A stretch of 64,000 bases of DNA, taken from contig JAKASU010000001.1 in NCBI GenBank assembly GCA_021818925.1, positions 295,972-359,971 on the forward strand, read 5' to 3'. The notes under the pieces are model-generated. The model ran no database searches and was not told the DNA's origin. It was given only the letters and a program-made list of their open reading frames with translations. A program made the translations under genes and the position numbers. Below, piece by piece: positions 43,034 through 52,755 of the stretch; within the stretch, counting starts at the first letter, position 1, and each line of letters starts with the position of its first letter. Origin of the DNA: Candidatus Micrarchaeota archaeon (GTDB lineage Archaea; Micrarchaeota; Micrarchaeia; Micrarchaeales; CABMGC01).

Positions 43034-44207
43034 CGTCCATCTGCTTGTTCACCATCTCGACCTTCTTCCCCGTCTCGTTCATCCGGCCTTCGACCTGCTG
43101 CATGCGCATCGTCTTCTCAGCGACCTTCGACTCGTCGAGGGCGGATAGTGCCTTCAGCTGCTCCTGCAGCTCCGACAGTTCCTTCTGCAACTCATCCTTC
43201 TCTTTTGATATGGAATCAAGGGTATTTTTAATACCGTTAAGGTTGTCGCTGAGGGTCGCGAAGCCTCCGAACTGCGACTTCATGTCGCCTAGGGTCTTCT
43301 TCACGTCGCCTATCTGCCTCTCTGCGACCGAGTACACCCTTCTCGCATCGTCACTCGCCCTGGCGATGTCGTCGAGCATCCTGGCGCGCTCCCTGACGAC
43401 CTGCCGCTTCACAGCGTCAGACTCCTGCCTGTAGGATTTCAGCGAGGAATCGTAGTCCTGCAGCTCCTTCTCACGCTGGCTGAGCGAACCTTTGAGCAGC
43501 TTTATCTCCTCCTTCACGCTCTCTGAGAGCTGCACGAAGTTCCTCCTGCTCTGGTCCAGCGTCGAGTTCATGCTCGCGTTGAGCGCCTTGAGCCTGCCCT
43601 CCGAATCTTCGAGTTTCGCCCTTATGTCGGTGATGGCGCGCCTGGAGTCGCTGTCGTTGCTGCTTATAGATGATGCTGCCTTTGCCTTCTCCTCTATCTC
43701 CGCCGCCTCCTTGTCCAGCTTGGCTGAGAGTTGGTCTATGTAGTCCTTCTTCTCCTTCAGCTTCTTGTAGGCGCCGTCAACCTGGAGGCTGAGCTTGTCT
43801 ATCTGGTCAATCGCCTCCTTTATCTGGCCCGCCTTGCTCTTGAATGCGCCTTCAGCGCCGGAAACGTACCTGCTGAACTCGGCGAGCTTGGTGTTGACCT
43901 GGTTGATCATGTTTATTTGGCTCGCCAGCTCCGCCTCGGCGACGCCCTTCTTCAGCTCTACCGTCTTCTTCGCTACCTCAACGCCCTCCTTCGTCACGGT
44001 CATCGGCGATACGAACATCTTGCCGAGCTTGTAGTTCACCTTGACTATCTGCGCCTTCTCCAGCACATCGGCCCATGTCTCAATTATACCCTCGCTCACT
44101 TTCAGCGCTGCCGCCAATGTGCTAGAATCGGTTTCACCGTGCTCGTTGAGGTATCGTACCATGTCGTCGATACTAGTAGTGATCGGCTGGTCGGCCATGT
44201 TTACCAT
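42999..44207 (-). CDS. wHTH-like N-terminus plus about 300-aa coiled coil, first gene of the pilus-assembly operon
   Basis: Start taken at ATG 44207 (MVNMADQP...; TTAAATCTTTTAATT box upstream). The track start at 44282 would abut the trkA-like gene. N-terminal DDMVRYLNEHGETDSSTLAAALKVSEGIIETWADVLEKAQIV, then a long heptad-rich region. The 3' end overlaps the ATPase start by 35 nt. Confidence 0.5.
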   Translation of the reverse strand: MVNMADQPITTSIDDMVRYLNEHGETDSSTLAAALKVSEGIIETWADVLEKAQIVKVNYKLGKMFVSPMTVTKEGVEVAKKTVELKKGVAEAELASQINMINQVNTKLAEFSRYVSGAEGAFKSKAGQIKEAIDQIDKLSLQVDGAYKKLKEKKDYIDQLSAKLDKEAAEIEEKAKAASSISSNDSDSRRAITDIRAKLEDSEGRLKALNASMNSTLDQSRRNFVQLSESVKEEIKLLKGSLSQREKELQDYDSSLKSYRQESDAVKRQVVRERARMLDDIARASDDARRVYSVAERQIGDVKKTLGDMKSQFGGFATLSDNLNGIKNTLDSISKEKDELQKELSELQEQLKALSALDESKVAEKTMRMQQVEGRMNETGKKVEMVNKQMDDVKKGIDNMGK

Positions 44208-44268
44208 AGGACTGTTGCAATTAAAAGATTTAACTCTTTCTGGATGCGGTATAATCGTCGGCAAAGGC

Positions 44269-44994
44269 CTAGCCGTTCGCAACCAGGAAGTCGCTCATCT
44301 CTATGCCGACCGCGGCTTCGGGCAGTATGATGCGCCTGGCCCCGGAGCGTTCCATCTTCGGTATGTCCTCAAGGTGCTTTATTCTTGTGAGCACCCTGAT
44401 CTGGCCGGCTCCGCGCCTCGCCTCTATTATGACTAGCGTGTTCTTTATGTCGTCGTCGTAGAGTGCGCATATGGCCTTGGCTCTGTAGGTTCGCGCCTCG
44501 AGGAGCGTATCCTCCTTCGTGGGGTCGCCGTGTATCGCCATCGCGCCCATGTTGTGCGCCTTCCTAACCTCGTACTTGTTGTCGTCAACGAAGATGAAAG
44601 GTATGTGCGACTCCTTCAGCTTCTTCGCGAGCTCTAGGCCTATGCTGTTTATCGGGGTTATGATCACATGGTCTGACATGCCGCGCAGCTTTTGGCGGGC
44701 GAGGGCGTCGCGCACGTCTACGGAAACGAGGATCTGGTAGAAGATTGTAGCGAATGTTATCGTGAATATGATGTTGCCTATGCCTGTGAGCGTAAGCGAA
44801 AGGAGTACAAAGGGATTGTTTGCATCGATGAGGCTGTTTGAAGGGGGGAATGTGGCGCCTATTATGTTCATGAAGCTGTACAGCGCCGCGGCGAAAAGGC
44901 CGAAGTTGTCGAGCATTATAAGCACCGTGGAGGCTACGAATATTCCGATTATTAGGAGTATGGAAGCTATCTGTATTGCCCTGAGTCTAACCAT
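44269..44994 (-). CDS. 2-TM ion-channel-like protein with RCK/TrkA-N domain (degenerate selectivity filter)
   Basis: N-terminal TM-pore-TM region with TLTGIGN where K+ channels carry T(V/I)GYG, then the Rossmann-type HVIITPINSIGLELAKKL...FVDD. Confidence 0.55.
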   Translation of the reverse strand: MVRLRAIQIASILLIIGIFVASTVLIMLDNFGLFAAALYSFMNIIGATFPPSNSLIDANNPFVLLSLTLTGIGNIIFTITFATIFYQILVSVDVRDALARQKLRGMSDHVIITPINSIGLELAKKLKESHIPFIFVDDNKYEVRKAHNMGAMAIHGDPTKEDTLLEARTYRAKAICALYDDDIKNTLVIIEARRGAGQIRVLTRIKHLEDIPKMERSGARRIILPEAAVGIEMSDFLVANG

Positions 44995-45825
44995 CTAATT
45001 ACCTCTGACCCTCACCATGAAATCGCCTATCTCTATTCCCGCCAGGTACTCAGGTATGACAGCCATGTCAGCCCCGATGCCGTATACCTGCTTCCTTATG
45101 CTCTCGTCCGCGAGCCTGAGAAGTACCTTTATCTTGGGATTAAGCCTGCGAGCGACCATCGCCGATGCTACATTGTCAATGTCACGATCTGAAACGAATG
45201 CTATCGCATACGCCTTGCCTATGCGTGCAGTCTTCAGGAGCTCCTCGTTGGCGAAGTCGCCAACTATGCCGAATACCTTCTTCTCAGCGAACTCGGTGTC
45301 GAGCCCCTTGCGTGAGTCTAGCACAACGTAGTTCGTGTGCTGCTCCTCGAGCCTTTTGATTATGCGCTCAGCTATGTCGTTGTAACCGCAGATGATTACG
45401 TGGTTCTTTAGGCCGCGCGACTTGAAGATGTTGATGATCTGCTCCACGTTCGCATAGGTTAGGAAGTCTATCACCGCGGCTATTATGAAGCTCACGATGA
45501 GTATCCTGCTGAGGTTGTCCATCACTACAATCAGCACTATCGGTAGCCACTGAGTCGGACCTTCGGCGAAAGCCATCGCGGCCAGGTCCGTAGATGCGGC
45601 GGTGTTCTGGGCGTCGAAGAACGCCTCAAGCGTGAAGTACGAATCAAGGTAGAGGTTATGCGTCAGCGTGGCGAGCGCGAAGACCGAGATGCCTATCACG
45701 GCCACCACGATGACTAGGGTAAGCACCATTACGTTGAAGGCGTCATCCCTATTCGCCTGCACTTTAGACACCCTTCGTGAGCTCGCGGAAGAGCTCATCG
45801 CTGGCGGACTTGTTGGGCGTGGCAA
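44995..45825 (-). CDS. membrane protein with RCK/TrkA-N domain
   Basis: TM helices, then HVIICGYNDIAERIIKRLEEQHTNYVVLDS (GxGxxG-like Rossmann). The start is uncertain: the track start overlaps the upstream gene by 62 nt, and an in-frame GTG at 45762 lies 1 nt after the upstream stop. Confidence 0.55.
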   Translation of the reverse strand: MPRPTSPPAMSSSASSRRVSKVQANRDDAFNVMVLTLVIVVAVIGISVFALATLTHNLYLDSYFTLEAFFDAQNTAASTDLAAMAFAEGPTQWLPIVLIVVMDNLSRILIVSFIIAAVIDFLTYANVEQIINIFKSRGLKNHVIICGYNDIAERIIKRLEEQHTNYVVLDSRKGLDTEFAEKKVFGIVGDFANEELLKTARIGKAYAIAFVSDRDIDNVASAMVARRLNPKIKVLLRLADESIRKQVYGIGADMAVIPEYLAGIEIGDFMVRVRGN

Positions 45826-46186
45826 CGAACTTCGCTCCCGCTTCCTTCAGCTTGTCCTTCAGGAACTCGTCATTGGCGCGCGTTGCAATAACTATCTTGT
45901 CGTTAAGGCTGCGGGCCGTGATGACGGCGAAAAGGTTCTTGGCGTCGTCGTCCATCGCGACGGCGATGGCCCTCGCCCTGTCTATCCCTGCGGACCTGAG
46001 CACCTTCGAAGATGTGGCGTCGCCCACAATCGTGCGCACACCGCGCTCTGCGAGCGCTTCCATCTTGCCCTTGTCCTGGTCTATCACTACGATGTCCACG
46101 TTGTGCTGCATCAGTATGTCAACTATTTTCTCTCCCACAAGGCCGTAGCCGCATACTATTACGTGGTCGCTAGGTTCAGCCGCCAT
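45764..46186 (-). CDS. stand-alone TrkA-N/RCK NAD-binding domain protein
   Basis: HVIVCGYGLVGEKIVDILMQHNVDIVVIDQD...IVGDATSSKVLRSAGIDRARAIAVA. Confidence 0.75.
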   Translation of the reverse strand: MAAEPSDHVIVCGYGLVGEKIVDILMQHNVDIVVIDQDKGKMEALAERGVRTIVGDATSSKVLRSAGIDRARAIAVAMDDDAKNLFAVITARSLNDKIVIATRANDEFLKDKLKEAGAKFVATPNKSASDELFRELTKGV

Positions 46187-46230
46187 GCTTTCGAGTGTCT
46201 TCTACAAAAGCAAGCATAAAAAAGTATGTG

Positions 46231-46303
46231 TAGCTCCAGCCAGATTCGAACTGGCGTCAGCGGGTCCAGAGCCCGCCGTCCTTGACCACTAGACGATGGA
46301 GCT
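46231..46303 (-). tRNA. tRNA-Gln (anticodon CUG)
   Basis: AGCUCCA-UC-GUCU..GGAC-G-GCGGG-CUCUGGA-CCCGC-UGAC-GCCAG-UUCGAAU-CUGGC-UGGAGCU-A. A1:U72 pair, folded by hand. Confidence 0.9.
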
Positions 46304-46361
46304 GCGCATCCTATTCCGCACTCGCATTTAATAAGATTTTTCGCCCTATTGAATTGTTTCG

Positions 46362-47096
46362 ATGCGGATACCTAGGGGTTTCAGCCTTACAAGGGAGGTC
46401 GAGGACATACTCATAGCGGATGCTGCACTGACCATAGGCTTTGCGCTCGTGCTCTCCGGCGGCGTATTCGGGGTGTCATCATTAGGGTTCATCCTCATGC
46501 TCCCGATCGCATTCGTGGCGGTTTCGCTCTCCTTCGTGCTGCACGAGTTGATGCACAAGTTCGTGGCGCAGCGCTTCGGGGCGATCGCCGCATTCAGGAA
46601 GTCCGACTATGGCATAATAATAACGCTGATAACCAGCGTTTTTGGCTTCCTCATAGGCCTAGTCGGCGCAACTGTGATTTACGCACCGCACTTCACAAGG
46701 CGCGAGGAAGGCTACGTCTCCCTCGCTGGACCGCTGACCAACTTCGCGGTCTTCGCGGTGTTCTTCGTGCTTGGCAGCATAGCGTTCAACGGCTTCTCGC
46801 AGAACTTCCTGAGCGCATTGCAGACCACTTCGCTGACCGCGGGCACGTACCTGCGCGCGGTGGTCGGATTCACTGTATTCATCAGCATCTACCTCGCCTT
46901 CTTCAACATGCTTCCGATCATGCCGCTGGACGGAAGCAAGGTGCTGAGGTGGAGCAAGCCAGTTTACTTCACAGTCATGGCGGTAATTTTTGTGCTCCTG
47001 TTCATGATCACAGGCCTGGCGCTGATACCCAGCCTCGTGTTCATACTAATCATAGCGCTGGTATTGTCGATGGTCTACAGATCAATCATCTTCTGA
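46362..47096 (+). CDS. site-2 protease family (M50) membrane metalloprotease
   Basis: HELMH zinc motif inside a TM helix and FNMLPIMPLDGSKV (NxxPxxxLDG) second motif. Confidence 0.85.
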   Translation: MRIPRGFSLTREVEDILIADAALTIGFALVLSGGVFGVSSLGFILMLPIAFVAVSLSFVLHELMHKFVAQRFGAIAAFRKSDYGIIITLITSVFGFLIGLVGATVIYAPHFTRREEGYVSLAGPLTNFAVFAVFFVLGSIAFNGFSQNFLSALQTTSLTAGTYLRAVVGFTVFISIYLAFFNMLPIMPLDGSKVLRWSKPVYFTVMAVIFVLLFMITGLALIPSLVFILIIALVLSMVYRSIIF

Positions 47097-47161
47097 ACAC
47101 CGACGAATCTCAAAGCATTTATTAACTTTTATAAGCATAGATTAGGCTAAGGGGGTCACCG

Positions 47162-49318
47162 ATGGCCAACGGCATAGAGCTTACTGTCAGCGACGCACTA
47201 ATCACAGATTCCGGCAGAGGAATCGCTAGGCTGGACTCAAAGTCGCAGAAGACACTTGGCGTGGTCTCGGGCGAGGCCGTCGAGATCAAGGGCAAGACCA
47301 AGTCAACCGCGGCGATAGTCTGGCAGGCGCATCCGAGCGACGAGGGGCTGGGCTTCGTGAGGATAGACGGCTACCTGAGGCAGAACATAGGCGTGGGAAT
47401 CGGCGACAAGGTTTTCGTTTCAAAGGCTGAGGTCAAGGAGGCCGAGAAGGTGACGATAGCGCCTCCCATGAACCAGCGACCTCCGCTCTCTCCGGATTTC
47501 GCAGATTATGCGAAGCGCAGGCTGGAGAACAGGCCGCTGGTCAAGGGCGACTCCATACCCATTCCCATGTTCGGACTCGTTTTCAACTTCATAGTCGTGC
47601 AGGTTTCGCCGCACGGCGTGGTTAAGATAACAAAGGACACGGTGCTTACAGTCAAGGAGGAGCCAGTTTCCGAGTCAGAAGTACGCGTAGCGGACGTACA
47701 CTACGAAGACATAGGCGGACTCAGGAACGAGATACAGAAGATAAGGGAGATGGTAGAATACCCGATACGCTATCCCGAAGTCTTCGAGAGGCTCGGCATA
47801 GAACCGCCACGAGGGGTGCTGCTTTACGGCTCTCCCGGAACGGGAAAGACGCTGCTCGCGAAGGCCGTGGCCAACGAAAGCGACGCGCACTTCATCTCGA
47901 TATCTGGACCGGAGCTCGTCAGCAAGTTCGTGGGGGAGAGCGAGGAGAAGCTGAGGGAGATATTCAGGGAGGCGAACGAGAAGGCGCCGAGCATAATATT
48001 CATGGACGAGATCGATGCGATCGCGCCCAAGAGGGAGGAGGCGACGAACGAGGTGGAGCGGCGCATGGTCTCTCAGCTGCTTACGCTGCTCGACGGGATG
48101 CCGGCGAGGGGGCAGGTCATCGTGCTCGCGGCGACGAACAGGCCAGACGCGATAGACCAGGCGCTCAGGAGGCCGGGCAGGTTCGACAGGGAGATAGAGA
48201 TAGGCATACCAGACAGGACGGCGAGAAAGGAGATACTCCAGATCCACACAAGGAACATGCCTGTTGCCAAGGACGTGAGCGTTGACGAGCTCGCCACGAT
48301 CACTCACGGATACACGGGCGCGGACCTAAGCGCACTCGCCAAGGAGGCGGCAATGGCGTCGCTGCGAAACATCTGGCCGCAGATAACAGACAAGAAGCGC
48401 ATCCCGGAAGAGATACTTACATCGCTAACGGTAACCAGGGACAACTTCATGGAAGCGCTGAAGAACATAAGGCCGAGCGCGCTGCGCGAGGTCTTCATCG
48501 AGAGGCCGAACGTTCACTGGGGAGACATAGGAGACCTCGAGAAGGTCAAGGAGGAGATAAAGGAGGCGGTTGAGCTGCCTCTCAAGGAGCCGCAGACATT
48601 CGAGAAGATAGGGATAAGGCCGATAAAGGGCATACTGCTCGTGGGACCTCCGGGCACGGGAAAGACGCTGCTCGCCAAAGCGGTAGCGACGGAGCGCGAG
48701 GCAAACTTCATCTCCATAAAGGGCCCTGAGGTGCTCAGCAAGTTCGTGGGGGAGAGCGAGAAGACGGTGAGGGAGATGTTCAGGAAGGCGAGGATGGCTT
48801 CGCCATGCATAGTGTTCATAGATGAGATAGACGCGCTTGCGCACTCGAGGGGCAGCGGCTACATGGATTCCGGAGTGTCGGAGCGCGTGGTCGACACGCT
48901 GCTGACCGAGATGGACGGCCTGAGCGAGCTCAAGAACGTGGTTGTGCTCGCGGCGACGAACAGGCCCGAGGACGTCGATCCGGCGCTGCTGCGTCCTGGC
49001 AGGTTCGACAAGGTCATAGAGATACTAATGCCGGACGCCGGCGCAAGGTTCGAGATATTCAAGGTGCATACGAAGCGCATGCCTATAGACAAGGACGTCG
49101 ACCTGGCCGAGCTCGCGAACATGACAGAGGAGTACACCGGAGCGGAGATAGAGAACATAGTTCGGGAGGCTGGCATGAATGCGATAAGGAACAAGCGAAC
49201 GATAGTCAGGAAGGAGGACTTCATCAAGGCGCTGCAGGAGATAAGGCCGGCTGTGCCGAAGGAGGTAACGGAAAGGATAAAGCGCTTCAAGGAAGAGCCG
49301 GAAAGCATGTACAGGTAG
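47162..49318 (+). CDS. cdc48: Cdc48/VCP-type AAA+ ATPase (two AAA domains)
   Basis: N-domain ([23 protein letters not shown]), D1 [24 protein letters not shown]2 [23 protein letters not shown]. Confidence 0.95.
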   Translation: MANGIELTVSDALITDSGRGIARLDSKSQKTLGVVSGEAVEIKGKTKSTAAIVWQAHPSDEGLGFVRIDGYLRQNIGVGIGDKVFVSKAEVKEAEKVTIAPPMNQRPPLSPDFADYAKRRLENRPLVKGDSIPIPMFGLVFNFIVVQVSPHGVVKITKDTVLTVKEEPVSESEVRVADVHYEDIGGLRNEIQKIREMVEYPIRYPEVFERLGIEPPRGVLLYGSPGTGKTLLAKAVANESDAHFISISGPELVSKFVGESEEKLREIFREANEKAPSIIFMDEIDAIAPKREEATNEVERRMVSQLLTLLDGMPARGQVIVLAATNRPDAIDQALRRPGRFDREIEIGIPDRTARKEILQIHTRNMPVAKDVSVDELATITHGYTGADLSALAKEAAMASLRNIWPQITDKKRIPEEILTSLTVTRDNFMEALKNIRPSALREVFIERPNVHWGDIGDLEKVKEEIKEAVELPLKEPQTFEKIGIRPIKGILLVGPPGTGKTLLAKAVATEREANFISIKGPEVLSKFVGESEKTVREMFRKARMASPCIVFIDEIDALAHSRGSGYMDSGVSERVVDTLLTEMDGLSELKNVVVLAATNRPEDVDPALLRPGRFDKVIEILMPDAGARFEIFKVHTKRMPIDKDVDLAELANMTEEYTGAEIENIVREAGMNAIRNKRTIVRKEDFIKALQEIRPAVPKEVTERIKRFKEEPESMYR

Positions 49319-49322
49319 GAGC

Positions 49323-49733
49323 ATGAAGATAGTTTTCTCTGACAAGAAGAGCGGGAGAACCGCACAGCTAGAGGTTGCGAAGGACGGCGAGGGCGCGCTG
49401 ATGGGAAAGAGGATCGGCGAAGTGATAGAGGGAACGTTCGTGGGGCTCGAAGGCTACAAGCTGCAGATAACAGGCCTGAGCGACAAGATGGGATCGCCGA
49501 GCAGGAAGGAGATAGAGGGCACTAGGAAGGCGTACGCGCTGATAAGCAGGGGCCCTGGAATAAGAGATACGGGAAAGGGAAAGCGCATCAGGAAACTGGT
49601 CAGGGGCAACACGATCAACGCTGATACAATCCAGATAAATACTGTCATAGCGGAGTACGGGCCTAGGGGCGTCGACGAGCTGTTCCCGAAGAAGGAGGCA
49701 AAGGAGCAGGAAGCGGCGGCGGAGGCCAAGTAG
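49323..49733 (+). CDS. rps6e: 30S ribosomal protein S6e
   Basis: GYKLQITGLSDKMGSPSRKEIEG...RKLVRGNTI pattern, 136 aa. Confidence 0.85.
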   Translation: MKIVFSDKKSGRTAQLEVAKDGEGALMGKRIGEVIEGTFVGLEGYKLQITGLSDKMGSPSRKEIEGTRKAYALISRGPGIRDTGKGKRIRKLVRGNTINADTIQINTVIAEYGPRGVDELFPKKEAKEQEAAAEAK

Positions 49734-49753
49734 CCCGCATCTATCTTACGCTT

Positions 49754-50977
49754 ATGAACAACGTACTGAAGCAGAGCCAGCTTAACATAGGCACGCTGGG
49801 CCACGTGGACCACGGCAAGACCACGCTCACGTATGCGATAACGCACAGCTGGACAGACGTGCACAGCGAAAGCGTCAAGAGGAGCATGACCATAAAACTG
49901 GGCTACTCCGACGCAACGATAGGGATGTGCGGCGACAAGGACACACCGGAAGCATACACGACCGAGCAGAAGTGCAAGGACGGTAAGGAGGCCAGACCCG
50001 TCAGGAGGCTCTCAATGCTCGACGCGCCGGGCCACGAGACGCTCATGGCCACGGCGATAGCGGGCAGCAACATAATCGACGCTGCGCTCTTTGTCATCGC
50101 CGCCACGGAACCGGTGCCAATGCCGCAGACCAAGGAGCACCTGATGCTGATCAACGCGCTCGGAATAAAGAACGCGGTGATAGTGCAGACCAAGATAGAC
50201 ATAGTCGGGAGGGAGCGCGCGGTCAAGAACTACGAGCAGATAAAGAGTTTCGTTAGGGGCAGCAGCATAGCGAACGCGAAGATAATACCCGTAATGCCGA
50301 ACAGGAACGTGAATGTCGATGTCGTGCTTTCGGAGCTAGCGAACCTTCCGCTTCCGGAGCGCGACACGACGTCAGACCCATCAATGTACATCGCGAGGTC
50401 CTTCGACGTCAACAGGCCGGGAACGAAGATAAGGGACATGAAGGGCGGAGTCGTGGGCGGCTCGATAATAAGGGGAAAGTTCAAAGTAGGGGACGAGATA
50501 GAGATAAGGCCAGGCATCGTTACCTCGAAGGACAAGCAGAAGAAGGAAACGTACGAGCCGATAATAACGAAGGTGGAGAGCCTTTCAGCAGACAAGGACA
50601 GGCTCGACGAGGCGATGGCGGGCGGTCTCATCGCCATCGGCACGTCCCTGGATCCCGCGGTCACCAAGGCCGACACTCTCGTCGGCCAGATGGTAGGGCA
50701 CGTGGGCAAGCTTCCCGAAGTGACCTATGAGCTCAACGTGAAGTACGAGTCCCTGAACCGAGACGACCTCCCAAAGCAGGCGTTCAAGGCTGAAGAGCCC
50801 CTGCTCCTCGGCATAGGGACGGGCACGAATGTCGGCTATGTGAAGAGCGCGAAGAAGAACGCGCTGCTCATAGAGCTGAGGCACGGCGCATGCATCGACA
50901 AGTCTGCGAAGGTGTCTGTGCTGAGGAACTTCAGCCAGAGATGGAGGCTTGCGGGCTACGGGACTGTGCAGGCCTAG
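49754..50977 (+). CDS. eif2g: translation initiation factor aIF2 gamma subunit
   Basis: NIGTLGHVDHGKTTL (G1), DAPGHE (G3), QTKID (G4). 407 aa. Confidence 0.95.
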   Translation: MNNVLKQSQLNIGTLGHVDHGKTTLTYAITHSWTDVHSESVKRSMTIKLGYSDATIGMCGDKDTPEAYTTEQKCKDGKEARPVRRLSMLDAPGHETLMATAIAGSNIIDAALFVIAATEPVPMPQTKEHLMLINALGIKNAVIVQTKIDIVGRERAVKNYEQIKSFVRGSSIANAKIIPVMPNRNVNVDVVLSELANLPLPERDTTSDPSMYIARSFDVNRPGTKIRDMKGGVVGGSIIRGKFKVGDEIEIRPGIVTSKDKQKKETYEPIITKVESLSADKDRLDEAMAGGLIAIGTSLDPAVTKADTLVGQMVGHVGKLPEVTYELNVKYESLNRDDLPKQAFKAEEPLLLGIGTGTNVGYVKSAKKNALLIELRHGACIDKSAKVSVLRNFSQRWRLAGYGTVQA

Positions 50978-51960
50978 ATCAGCCCTGCTCTCTTCGCTTT
51001 GCTCTCGACAAAAGCGACAAACCTCTGCTTGTCGCGACTTGTTTTGAAGGAGTGGAAATCGCTCATTCTTATGTTGAACGCAGATGCGCGCGGGTGACCT
51101 CCGCCTCCCATGGCGTTCGCCAGCCCCACCACGCTCCTGCCAACGCTCCTTATGCTCGCCTTGCTGTGGTCCAGGTTCACAACTATGCCGACCTCGGCCT
51201 TCTTCTCGCGTATGAGCGCCATGCAAGCATCGGTGGAGTCGACCTGCTTGCTGAACGCCACTGCTATCCTGCCCGCTATCATGTAATTGTTTCTGAGTAT
51301 GCTCTCTATTCTCTTGCTGTTAAGCGCCTCGAATCTCCTTGCCCCGTCGCTGATCTCGCCGTCGATCAGCCTGCGTGAGTCGATCACAGCGACCATATGC
51401 CTGAGCCTCCTTAGTTTTGCGTCGTAGCTCCTGCCCGCGTTCACGCCGGCTATGTGCATAGCGTACTGCTTGACGAGCCTGCCCTGGCTCTTCTCGTCGA
51501 GCTGGATGTAGAAGTCTGAATGGTGAACTATCCGGGCGAACTTCCGTGCGAAGGCTCCGTTGAGACGCAGGTACCTGCGCACGAGCTCTGTGGCGCACAT
51601 CTTCCTGTTCTCTCCGAAGGTTGCGAACAGGCACCTGGCCGCGATCCTCTTTGCCGCCTCGGAGCTCCAGGGATGGTGGTCCAGGAACACGACCTTTCCG
51701 CCGTTGGCGTTTACGTTTTTGACGATCCTCTCGTATATCGGCACCGCATCGGATTCGGGCACCAGGTCCGTGATGAAGAGCAGAAGGCCTCTCCTGTACA
51801 GCCTGCCCAGGCGCTCCTCGGCCTTGGACACCTCCTCCGCGCTGTAGCCTGTGAAGAACATGTTTGAGAGCGGCATGCGGTAGCGCATGCGCACAAGCGC
51901 GGCTGCGCCTACGCCGTCTATGTCAGAGGTGTGAGATAGCGTGGCAACGTCGTCGTTCAT
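50974..51960 (-). CDS. DHH/DHHA1 phosphoesterase (NrnA-like)
   Basis: SHTSDIDGVGAAAL, FITD, FLDHHPW (DHH), C-terminal GGGGHPRASAF (DHHA1). Confidence 0.75.
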   Translation of the reverse strand: MNDDVATLSHTSDIDGVGAAALVRMRYRMPLSNMFFTGYSAEEVSKAEERLGRLYRRGLLLFITDLVPESDAVPIYERIVKNVNANGGKVVFLDHHPWSSEAAKRIAARCLFATFGENRKMCATELVRRYLRLNGAFARKFARIVHHSDFYIQLDEKSQGRLVKQYAMHIAGVNAGRSYDAKLRRLRHMVAVIDSRRLIDGEISDGARRFEALNSKRIESILRNNYMIAGRIAVAFSKQVDSTDACMALIREKKAEVGIVVNLDHSKASIRSVGRSVVGLANAMGGGGHPRASAFNIRMSDFHSFKTSRDKQRFVAFVESKAKRAGLI

Positions 51961-52064
51961 GCGCCTCTTATCGACGCTCAGCTATATATCAGTTATAGCG
52001 GCCTGGCAAACGCCGCTAAAAGAGAACAGGCCTGCTCTTGGGGGAAGACGCAGGCCCGCGTTTC

Positions 52065-52613
52065 TTACTGTGGAGGTGATACAATAAGTTTCATGGTCGC
52101 CTTGCCAGCATAATACACCTTGTGGCCCAGCCTGTGGGTCTCAAGCAGGCCCATCATCCTGAGCCTGTTCATCCTCGCGCACGCAGCGTTGTTTCCTCTG
52201 TATCCCATGTACTTTCTAACGTCCGACGCGCAGGCCATTCCCTGCGGCTGCGTCTGGATGAAGTTGAGTATCTTTACATCTACTTCAGAGAGCTCGGCAG
52301 GCTCGTCGCGCTGCACCTCGTATGCGTCCTGCTCCCCCGCTCCCAGGGCCATGTCGGCCACGCTCTCCTCGAGCATCTTCATGCGCTCGCTCAGCGAGCT
52401 TAGTATAAGGTTCGTCTTCTCGCGCTGCTCGCCCAGGTATCTATACCAGCCCTCGGCGCTCAGGTTTGACGGTATTGCGGTATTATTCCGCTGGAGGAGT
52501 TCGACTACCTGCTTCTTTAGCTCTTGAAGTTCGATCTCCATCTGTTTCTTGTCCATTACTCCACTCCACGCATGACTGTCTCCCAACCCTCTCATGAGAG
52601 AATCATGAAACAA
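52065..52613 (-). CDS. winged-helix transcription regulator with N-terminal coiled coil
   Basis: C-terminal ILNFIQTQPQGMACASDVRKYMGYRGNNAACARMNRLRMMGLLETHRLGHKVYY (wHTH). The track start is TTG 52613, with internal ATGs at 52595 and 52556 as alternatives. Confidence 0.6.
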   Translation of the reverse strand: MFHDSLMRGLGDSHAWSGVMDKKQMEIELQELKKQVVELLQRNNTAIPSNLSAEGWYRYLGEQREKTNLILSSLSERMKMLEESVADMALGAGEQDAYEVQRDEPAELSEVDVKILNFIQTQPQGMACASDVRKYMGYRGNNAACARMNRLRMMGLLETHRLGHKVYYAGKATMKLIVSPPQ

Positions 52614-52630
52614 TCATATGTGTGTGATTG
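52611..52630. promoter_or_regulatory. inverted repeat CAATCA-N8-TGATTG at the regulator gene start, next to palindromic TATA-like ATATTTAAATAT
   Basis: caatcatatgtgtgtgattg (52611-52630), followed by gatATTTAAATattgc a few nt further along the + strand. Confidence 0.35.
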
Positions 52631-52755
52631 TCAAGATATTTAAATATTGCGTTTTTGCGGAATAATATAATGACCGCGCTTCCGGACTTCCGCTAATTGC
52701 GTTGTAGAATTATGTCGTCGTGAACACGAAGGAATAAAAGGGCGCTGCGCTTACT

